IMG/VR virus record: IMGVR_UViG_3300013102_000002
Location: 32,001-96,000 of that record
Length of the DNA stretch: 64,000 nt
Reading direction: 5' to 3' (one strand)
Source: a virus
Position 1 is the stretch's first letter. Each line of letters begins with the position of its first letter. This document shows, in pieces, positions 19,666 through 27,608 of this stretch. A program made the position numbers and the translations under genes. The notes beneath the pieces are model-generated. The model made no database searches. It saw nothing but the letters and a program-made list of their open reading frames with translations, and was not told the origin of the DNA.

Positions 19666-21507
19666 TTAATAAACTGTTGCCTTGCGCATAAAGAAGAAAT
19701 CCATAGGATTAGATGTGGTTCGTTTCTTCTTAGTAATGCTTTCTCTTCTCAGTTCATAAAGGAAATGAGCAAGGAGTAGCAGCGTATAGAATCTATCGTC
19801 ACCAATCTTATTCTCTTTATCTTTTGGTAAATCATAAGAGACATTATTATTTCCCGATTTAAATCTATGAATGCTAACGGTCTCTTCCTTCATAAGATCA
19901 ATATTGATAAGAGCTATTTCTTCTTCCATTGTCAGATGACGCTCTTTAATATTTCTTTCCTTGTCATCATCAATAATAAGATTGGCGTATCCTTTGCCGT
20001 CATACTCTTTAGTAAATTTAATTAGATCGAGTTCCATTAGTTCTTTTAGTTGTTCGACCATCTGCACCTTATATTTTTTAGGAGAAATCAGCCGCAACTT
20101 ATTTACTGCCGTGGGATATCTAGAAGAAACATTCTTATATTCATCATGTGAAGAATCAATTAACCCTTTGTGTTTAACTCCTTTGGAATCAGTCCATTCG
20201 TCCAACAAATTATCGGCGAATGCGTTAATCCCGCCACCACCAGCACCAGAGTCAAAAAGAACGCCTAAAATATTCTCATAGTCTGGAGCCTTCCCGTTAT
20301 AGTTCAACAGCATTTCCTTAAAATAAGCTATTTGATCTGGTGTCATCATTGGAGTACGTTTTTTCTTAGACAAATCAGAAAAACTAACACTATTTACAAT
20401 CTCACCGTAGTATCCAATATTTGGGTCTTCAACAATCCTCATTACAGAACAAATCGAATTATCATAACTTCTTGCGGGGTCAAACGCAAAAATAAACTTA
20501 TCACCTGTATTATCATTAGACATGATTGGTAATTGATTAATAGAGTTTCGAGTAATTATACCTCTCTTAATAACCTGAGCTTCGCCACCATCGGTTGTAA
20601 AGCGGTTATAATACTCTCTAAGGGCTTTTTCTCGATTGGTCTTCATTGCATTGTCAACTTGCTCTTTCTTAAGCAGAGGAGGATGTTTTTCTCCATCCAT
20701 CAGAGGATCTAGAGGAATGTCACAGGGGATATCTGCAACAAAATATCTGTCATCGCCCATAATCATCTTTTTGGAAAATTCCCTGTATCTTTTGAAGAAG
20801 ATGGTATCGACATCGCTTGCAGAGGAAGCGTAGATTAGCTGAGTAGGATTCTTTTTTCTTTGTGAATCTAGATTAAAACCAGAGTCAGTAGAGGTTGCAA
20901 AGTTACTATCTTGGGTTGCAAATGCTTCAGAGATCATAACAATTTCATCACTTGAAAATCCTGCTTCATCAAAAAATACTGCCGTAGCACGTTTTGAACG
21001 GTTATTGTCGGGGTTCCCGTTAAGTGTGAATATCTCACTGCCATTATAAGAAAGAGTATGAAAGCTTGCCGGATTATGTGTGAATCCGTCCTGGTTAGCA
21101 GGGCTAGTTACGACTTCATTTCTAAAAATATCTTTAAGTGATTTCGTTGATTCAATTCTTTGTTTTGCTATTTTCTCGATCTTCAAAAATGTTTCTTGTG
21201 ATTGGCTACCAACGCTTGAAATTATGTATATTTGCTGATTCTCAAATAAGAGAAATTTTAATATCATAAATATTGCACCAATGAAACTTTTCCCGAAATT
21301 CCGCGAACAGCACCATACTACATATGGTTTAGTCCATGATTCATTCAAAACATATTTTTGAGAGTCCAGTAACTTAATCCCAAGTATTTGCTCACAAGCG
21401 ATAACAGGATTTCTTCTCCAAAACTTTATAATCTCTGCATTTTTTTCATAAAGTTCGATTTTTCTATGAGATAATAACTCTTTTGATCGTTTACGCATTG
21501 GTTTCAC
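19666..21507 (-). CDS. terL: Terminase large subunit
   Basis: Walker A SRNFGKS, Walker B FFDEAG, ASSA motif III, nuclease FDPAR...DDRFYTL. Confidence 0.92.
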   Translation of the reverse strand: MKPMRKRSKELLSHRKIELYEKNAEIIKFWRRNPVIACEQILGIKLLDSQKYVLNESWTKPYVVWCCSRNFGKSFIGAIFMILKFLLFENQQIYIISSVGSQSQETFLKIEKIAKQRIESTKSLKDIFRNEVVTSPANQDGFTHNPASFHTLSYNGSEIFTLNGNPDNNRSKRATAVFFDEAGFSSDEIVMISEAFATQDSNFATSTDSGFNLDSQRKKNPTQLIYASSASDVDTIFFKRYREFSKKMIMGDDRYFVADIPCDIPLDPLMDGEKHPPLLKKEQVDNAMKTNREKALREYYNRFTTDGGEAQVIKRGIITRNSINQLPIMSNDNTGDKFIFAFDPARSYDNSICSVMRIVEDPNIGYYGEIVNSVSFSDLSKKKRTPMMTPDQIAYFKEMLLNYNGKAPDYENILGVLFDSGAGGGGINAFADNLLDEWTDSKGVKHKGLIDSSHDEYKNVSSRYPTAVNKLRLISPKKYKVQMVEQLKELMELDLIKFTKEYDGKGYANLIIDDDKERNIKERHLTMEEEIALINIDLMKEETVSIHRFKSGNNNVSYDLPKDKENKIGDDRFYTLLLLAHFLYELRRESITKKKRTTSNPMDFFFMRKATVY

Positions 21508-22651
21508 CGCTAGTCTTTAAATCAAGTATCTGTTTATTTGCCAAACGTAATCTCTCTTCAAGTTCCTCTTTTGATCTTTGCAGTTCGATTATTAAGTCCC
21601 GTTGGTCTTTAAACATATCCTCAATATCTTTTTCATCAAAATTCAACTGGCTAATTATTGCTCTAGAACTAATGTCTGCTGTCATTTTCATACCATAAGC
21701 TTTTTTCATGTCGTAATAATCTTCTTCGGCATCTTCAAATCCTAATTCTCGCAGATCTTTCATAAGATAGCCGAGAGTACTACGACCTGCCTTTTTATCA
21801 CCACGATGTTTAATGGCTATGGCGTTTTCTTTAGCTAATTTATCGTTATTATCTGTAATTTGTTTTTTAATAGCGGTAAGATTTTTTATTTCTGCGCTAT
21901 TCTTCAATAAACTCTCAAAATCAGAACTCAATTTATTAATCAACAAATCCATTTTTCGTATCTGACTATTGTTATTTATTAATTGAATAATGATTGATAT
22001 TTTATGTTGGTCTTCGAGAGTATCTTCGTCTAGATATGGAATTATTTCTGCATACATAAACTTTCTGTCTAGCGCCAAATATCCATCAAATGGATCATAA
22101 CCAAGCAATCTATGACAATCCTTCTGGGACTGAATGTCTTCTGACGTAAGAACAATATCTTCATCGTCATATTTATTTTGTGATTCACTAATAGGCTTAG
22201 AGCCTTCTTTTTTTTCATTGTCGGATGGAGAATTGGCTTCTTGGTGCAACATGCTATCCTTATCCGTAATGATATCGCTATCTTTATGAGAAAGTTCTTT
22301 AGTATGAGGCATGGAGATATTTTTCATATACACACCTAGAAAATCCATATCTCGTCTTTCAGATTCTTCGGCAGATATTAACCATAATTCATGAATATAA
22401 GGTCGATTTATTTCTGCCAGTAATCCATTGACCGCAGAGATGTAGTTTAAATCTTTTGGGTTTGCCAGGGGCAGGTTTTTGGTAAGGCATTCTTTACAAA
22501 CTGGATATTTACCATCATCATAGAGTGTACTATTGGTATGGTAGAAACCAGTTTTAATGTTATGTTCTTTTTTGCATGAAATACAGACTCTATACAATAA
22601 AGGATTTTTAGATCTTTTTTTTCTAACTGGTTTTTCTGATTTAATTACCAT
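21491..22651 (-). CDS. Zn-finger protein upstream of terL (possible terminase small subunit, YonG-like)
   Basis: CISC...CKEC; coiled-coil C-terminus; overlaps the terL start; ATG 22651 after GGGGAGG. Confidence 0.6.
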   Translation of the reverse strand: MVIKSEKPVRKKRSKNPLLYRVCISCKKEHNIKTGFYHTNSTLYDDGKYPVCKECLTKNLPLANPKDLNYISAVNGLLAEINRPYIHELWLISAEESERRDMDFLGVYMKNISMPHTKELSHKDSDIITDKDSMLHQEANSPSDNEKKEGSKPISESQNKYDDEDIVLTSEDIQSQKDCHRLLGYDPFDGYLALDRKFMYAEIIPYLDEDTLEDQHKISIIIQLINNNSQIRKMDLLINKLSSDFESLLKNSAEIKNLTAIKKQITDNNDKLAKENAIAIKHRGDKKAGRSTLGYLMKDLRELGFEDAEEDYYDMKKAYGMKMTADISSRAIISQLNFDEKDIEDMFKDQRDLIIELQRSKEELEERLRLANKQILDLKTSGETNA

Positions 22652-22696
22652 ATAGTCCTCCCCTAGACGATAAAAGCATCCGTCCATAATTTAATT

Positions 22697-22718
22697 TGAT
22701 GAAACTCCCATTTCACAA
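22697..22718. repeat. 22-bp palindromic boundary site
   Basis: TGATGAAA-CTCCCA-TTTCACAA. Confidence 0.7.
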
Positions 22719-22895
22719 CACTTTCACTCCACTTACCGACAACAAAATAAAAAACTTAAATGAGGATAGCGGGGGAGTGTCCACTGTTTAATGCAAACCC
22801 TTGTAGCAGGGGCATCCTCATTTAAAAAAATAAAGACAACAAAAAGGGCGATTCTATATTAGCAATCGTCCAAGGAGTTCTTCTTATTTTTTACA

Positions 22896-23288
22896 TTAAA
22901 TCAATTCATCGTCTTCTCCGTCACCATCAACAAGTTCGATCTCGAATGTGTACCCGTCATTCATAGCATCAATATCCATTTGTAGCATATCAACTTCCAT
23001 AGTCAATTTATCTAGTCTCTCGGCAAGCGCTCCATGACTAGAGGCATGACCCCAAAGTTTCATTAATTCAAACTTCAACTCATCTTTAGTTTTTGCTTTG
23101 CACAATACTTCAACATAATTATCCAGAATTAGATTGAGATTAATTTTCATATTCGGAACAATAATTACATTCGTATCTGTGGCAATGTCCTCATCAGACA
23201 GAAAAGTAGAAGGGAGGTCTCGCGGATCTCCATCGGGCTCTCCTTGCATATACTCATCGTAGTCTATTATAAACGCCTCCCTTAGCAA
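22896..23288 (-). CDS. Acidic hypothetical protein
   Basis: 130-aa ORF, start uncertain. Confidence 0.65.
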   Translation of the reverse strand: MLREAFIIDYDEYMQGEPDGDPRDLPSTFLSDEDIATDTNVIIVPNMKINLNLILDNYVEVLCKAKTKDELKFELMKLWGHASSHGALAERLDKLTMEVDMLQMDIDAMNDGYTFEIELVDGDGEDDELI

Positions 23289-23360
23289 GATGGATAATTG
23301 ACTATGTATAATTAGTGTATAGAATGTATAAAAACATAGATTATATATGTATATTTATTA

Positions 23361-24575
23361 CTATAATTTAATATTATAAGTTACAGTTCTTCCCTTGTCT
23401 TCCTCGATAATCATAATCTTTGCTCCAGCGTTGGAAGTCTTCTTTAGCTTCAGAGAGTAGTCATCGATTCCGATAATCGCATCTGTTTGAATATACTCAA
23501 CATTACGTCCGCCATTCATTGCAATTGTTTTTTCGTGAGAATGATGCAAATGTCCACTCAGAAGGATGTGAACGGGCTTGTTGTAGGTAAGCATATAATC
23601 CTTAATACTGTTCTCAAGATTACGTTCATTCTCTCCATGAACACAAAGGGTTTTAGTTCCTAAAATATCCAGATACGCAAATTCACTGCAATTCGTCACA
23701 GTAATATTTTTATTGTTTCTTAAGTTGGCCTCAATCAGTTTAGTGATCCATTTCTGAGCATTCTCATGTGGGAATTCATCGCGTTTACCCGACAACATTC
23801 TCATTTGATCATGATTTCCGAAGATAGAGTAGTAGTCTACCAAACAATATTTGCTTAACTCATTCAACCAGTGGCTCATAAATTCAGCAAAATGAATAGC
23901 AGAATCCGTAACTCCCAACTTCAAACTCATTAACTGACTCATACGAAGAATACCATCTACACTGTCGCCAAGATTAGGGAGAACAACATGATTAATCTTC
24001 TGATCATCATTAATAACAATGAATTCTTCAAGCAATTTCCACATACGCTTCTCAAGAATCTCAGGGCTATACTCATTAAGAATCTCATTTTCCCATCCAC
24101 GTAACTGGAATTCAACACCATCATGCATGTCTGCAATAGGGAAGAGGAAGTCACGCTTGGTATTATTATTCTTAATATAGATATCTGGAACAATAATTGT
24201 TGGTCTATTATTCACAGACTCAATAATCTTTTCCTCAAGCAACTCAGCTCTGGACTGTTCACGAATCATTTTATTGTATTCAATCTTTTCAGACTGAAGC
24301 TTAATACGCTCTTTTTGCTGCTCAATTGTTGCATCACGTACTTCTTGAACAACTTCATTGTTTGCATACTTAGAAAGAATAATTGGTTTCCATTCGAGAT
24401 AACTATTATAACGTTTACGCCATCTAGATTCAGAGTATTCTTCTTCGCATTCTTCATTTAGGAGTTTTGCTGCTTGAGTCCAGGTTATATCGTAGGTAAT
24501 TAGATTCTCGCCTAAGCGCAACAAAAAATCGTCAATACTTTCTGACGATTCTCGTTTAATATTTAAAGGAGTCAT
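23361..24575 (-). CDS. Calcineurin-like metallophosphoesterase (YonJ-like)
   Basis: ADMH, LGDSVDG, GNHD, VHG, GHLHH motifs. Confidence 0.88.
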   Translation of the reverse strand: MTPLNIKRESSESIDDFLLRLGENLITYDITWTQAAKLLNEECEEEYSESRWRKRYNSYLEWKPIILSKYANNEVVQEVRDATIEQQKERIKLQSEKIEYNKMIREQSRAELLEEKIIESVNNRPTIIVPDIYIKNNNTKRDFLFPIADMHDGVEFQLRGWENEILNEYSPEILEKRMWKLLEEFIVINDDQKINHVVLPNLGDSVDGILRMSQLMSLKLGVTDSAIHFAEFMSHWLNELSKYCLVDYYSIFGNHDQMRMLSGKRDEFPHENAQKWITKLIEANLRNNKNITVTNCSEFAYLDILGTKTLCVHGENERNLENSIKDYMLTYNKPVHILLSGHLHHSHEKTIAMNGGRNVEYIQTDAIIGIDDYSLKLKKTSNAGAKIMIIEEDKGRTVTYNIKL

Positions 24576-24586
24576 TCAATCACTCC

Positions 24587-24781
24587 TTATTCTTCTACTT
24601 GATGACTAGGCTCGAAATCTGAAGCTACAGTAATAGAAATGTTGCTACCATCAAAATCTTGAAGGAGAGACTTAAGATCAAAAATGTAAATCCCGTTTTT
24701 ATCTTCAGCAGTTACTGTCATTTTGTCCATTTCAAATAGACCAGTACGATTAACTGTTTTACTGTCCTTATTTTTAGCCAT
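24587..24781 (-). CDS. YonK-like small protein
   Basis: MAKNKDSK...FDLKSLLQDFDGSNISITV; immediately upstream of the YonJ-like gene. Confidence 0.65.
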   Translation of the reverse strand: MAKNKDSKTVNRTGLFEMDKMTVTAEDKNGIYIFDLKSLLQDFDGSNISITVASDFEPSHQVEE

Positions 24782-24813
24782 ATTTTTTACTCCCCAATAT
24801 GTATTTTTATTGA

Positions 24814-26127
24814 TTACAGCAAATCTGCACAAATCTGAGCAATATCAGAACGTTCGCCTCTTGAAAGAGTGATGTGTCCAACCAATTTCTGATTCTTCAT
24901 GGTTTCAATAAAATGAGTTAGTCCATTTGAGTACATATCGAGATATGTATTATCGATTTGCTCTGGATCACCAACCATGACCAATTTTGCTCCAGATGCA
25001 AGTCGAGTGGCGATAGTTTTTACCTCTAGCTTAGAAAGATTCTGTGCTTCATCCATGATCATAAACTGCATAGGAATGCTTCTTCCACGAATGTAGGTCA
25101 ATGGTTCAACCTTGATAATATCTTCATACCCTTCAAGGGTTTTATTTAATTCGGTATCACTTTTACAATCAAACAAAAATTCAAGATTATCGTAGATTGG
25201 TTGCATCCATGGTCTCATTTTTTGTTCGATTTCTCCTGGTAAATAACCAAGATCTTTACCCATGGGTACGATAGGACGGCCTACCAATACCTTACGATAT
25301 TTTTGTTCGTCCATTGTTTTTTGTAGTCCAGCAGCCAATGCTAAGAGGGTTTTACCTGTTCCTGCTTTACCTGATAGTGTAACAATTTTAACATCGTCAT
25401 CAAGTAATAATTCCAGAGCCATCATTTGTTGTACATTACGATGGGTAGTGGTTCCGAATACAGGGTCTCCGGTATAATGGTAGAATGGAACAATATCACC
25501 GTTTTTCTTTCGGCAAACTGCACTCTTACTAACATTTATATTTGACTTCAAAATAAACATATGATTTTCGGGATAACTATCGAACATTTCCATGTTCAAG
25601 TATTTGTTCTTATAGAAGAAGTCGATAATATCATCATCAACGCTTAATTCATCGTATCCCTTGTATAGTTCACTTTCATTAGTAGCAACTTTGTCATTTT
25701 GGTAGTCCTCAGAGTTAACAGAAACAGTATCCGCTTTGATACGAACCAATACATCTTTTGATAGTAAGATTACTTCAGTATCTGGACTTGCAATTGTTAA
25801 GTCATAAGCAACCGATATAATAGCATCGTCATTATTACATTCAATGAATTTATTAAAAACAGGAGACTCTGGATTATGAGTTATAATCTTGATTGTGCCG
25901 CCATTGTTTAACTTTACTCCAAGGTGCAACTTTCCATCTTCTCGAATACGATCCAATTCTCTCGCTACATTTCTAGCGTTGTATCCAACCTCGTCCATTT
26001 GTTTCTTCTTTGAGTCCAATTCACTTAAACAAACAGCAGGAATAACTACCTCGTTATCTCCAAAGGAATAGATAGCGTGTGGATCGCTTAATAGGATATT
26101 TGTATCGAGAACATAAGTCTTTTTCAT
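24814..26127 (-). CDS. phoH: PIN-PhoH family protein (PhoH2/YlaK-like)
   Basis: N-terminal PIN YVLDTNILL; GKAGTGKT, LGYLPG, YIRGRS, MDEAQN, GDPEQID. Confidence 0.93.
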   Translation of the reverse strand: MKKTYVLDTNILLSDPHAIYSFGDNEVVIPAVCLSELDSKKKQMDEVGYNARNVARELDRIREDGKLHLGVKLNNGGTIKIITHNPESPVFNKFIECNNDDAIISVAYDLTIASPDTEVILLSKDVLVRIKADTVSVNSEDYQNDKVATNESELYKGYDELSVDDDIIDFFYKNKYLNMEMFDSYPENHMFILKSNINVSKSAVCRKKNGDIVPFYHYTGDPVFGTTTHRNVQQMMALELLLDDDVKIVTLSGKAGTGKTLLALAAGLQKTMDEQKYRKVLVGRPIVPMGKDLGYLPGEIEQKMRPWMQPIYDNLEFLFDCKSDTELNKTLEGYEDIIKVEPLTYIRGRSIPMQFMIMDEAQNLSKLEVKTIATRLASGAKLVMVGDPEQIDNTYLDMYSNGLTHFIETMKNQKLVGHITLSRGERSDIAQICADLL

Positions 26128-26327
26128 AGGCGTTACCTCGTTGGGTAGGATGGAGGGGAGGTTAATCCCCTCATGTTTGTTGCGGGTTTTCTCCTATATG
26201 GAGGATGATATATGATTCTTGCGCCCCTTACCGGGGATATTGTTGCACTTCATCCAGATAAAAACTCATTTCCGTGTCTTATTTAACTCCCCACGGCGTG
26301 GAATCGAACTCTGGTATCCGATATGTA

Positions 26328-26349
26328 TAATAAAACTATTGTTTTATAT
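26328..26349. repeat. 22-bp palindromic boundary site
   Basis: TAATAAAA-CTATTG-TTTTATAT just downstream of the HU stop codon. Confidence 0.6.
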
Positions 26350-26358
26350 GAATATTTA

Positions 26359-26679
26359 TTATTTAATTGTGTCTTTTAGTCCCTTGGCAGGTTTAAATGC
26401 AGGAGCTTTTGATTTTTCAATATGAATAGCAGCCTGCGCTTTTGCTGTTTCGGGATCAACGCCTTGTTCTTTAAGTTGAGCCAAAAGCTTAGGATTGACA
26501 CCTTGACGAGCGGCACGTTCGCGTACTTCGAATGCTCCAAATCCATGTAGTGACACTTTTTCACCATTAGCCAAAGCATTTGCGATTTCTTCGAATGTTG
26601 ATTCTACTGCCAAAGTAACGGTTTTCTTATCCAAGCCTGTTTTACCTACAACTGCAACGATCAAATCCTGTTTATTCAT
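26359..26679 (-). CDS. hup: HU family DNA-binding protein with arm insertion
   Basis: MNKQDLI...GFGAFEVRERAARQGVNP...PAFKPAKGLKD. Confidence 0.92.
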   Translation of the reverse strand: MNKQDLIVAVVGKTGLDKKTVTLAVESTFEEIANALANGEKVSLHGFGAFEVRERAARQGVNPKLLAQLKEQGVDPETAKAQAAIHIEKSKAPAFKPAKGLKDTIK

Positions 26680-26801
26680 AATTTAAATTTCTCCCTTAGT
26701 TTTATAAATAGTAGAAGAATAACATATATTTATTCTTCCCTATTAGCGTTTTTGAAAAATTGTTAAAAAACCTATTGTTTATAAGGGTTTTTTGATGTTT
26801 T

Positions 26802-27608
26802 CTAAATGGTCTTATTTTTTGTTTTCTCATAGTACTTCTTGTTTTTATCTCTGACGATCTCTTTTTGTCTTTTATTCCAGCAGACACTACAATACTTATT
26901 TCTATTGGAGATAATGCGAATTGGGGTTCCGCACTCACAATAATCAACCCTAAAACCTCGCCACATTTCATACAATAATACAAATTCTCTGAAATCAAAA
27001 ATATTTATCCCATTATTCTCATCGTTAGCCTCGTATTCATCTGCAATATTGATCTCCACAAAAGACGACTGATGATTGTCTGATGGAGTCACATATCCTA
27101 ATTGCTTTAAATGATTAATTAAATTTCTATTCGCGTTAGAGAATGAGAGACCGCAATCTTTAAAGAAGTCTCTGTTGCAGTACGTACCAATCTTACAATC
27201 TCTTCCAATGATCTTATTAATCTTTCCGTAAACCATTAACACAAATGCAATTTTTTCAGCGTCTAAGTTTTCAATTAATTTAATTCTTTCTAGTTCATTC
27301 CCCGAAATAAAAATGCTGTCAATTTCATTTAATTTAAAGTCTTTATTAGAACGTTCATAACTTCTTTTTGTTTTGAAAATAGAAGAGACTGTGCTAGAAA
27401 TATAACTGTCCCATTTTTTTACCCTATATTTTTCTTTCAATCTCTTCTTTAAATATGTTTCAATATTATCTACAATAATACCTTTATCAATACTGCTTAT
27501 AACATAATATTTAACTAGTGTTCTAATAGTATCTGTCAGATTTTCGTCTTCGATTTCGTTATTTAAGACACTTTCCATGTATTTTTTCTCATTCAAAATC
27601 AATTTCAT
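26802..27608 (-). CDS. Conserved phage protein with C-terminal Zn ribbon, overlapping the RNA polymerase stop
   Basis: CECG...KYCSVC; 20-bp overlap with the upstream gene. Confidence 0.75.
   Translation of the reverse strand: MKLILNEKKYMESVLNNEIEDENLTDTIRTLVKYYVISSIDKGIIVDNIETYLKKRLKEKYRVKKWDSYISSTVSSIFKTKRSYERSNKDFKLNEIDSIFISGNELERIKLIENLDAEKIAFVLMVYGKINKIIGRDCKIGTYCNRDFFKDCGLSFSNANRNLINHLKQLGYVTPSDNHQSSFVEINIADEYEANDENNGINIFDFREFVLLYEMWRGFRVDYCECGTPIRIISNRNKYCSVCWNKRQKEIVRDKNKKYYEKTKNKTI

Noticed and set aside
26219-26325. Intact tRNA gene
   Set aside because: Only a T-loop-like string is present; no cloverleaf can be built
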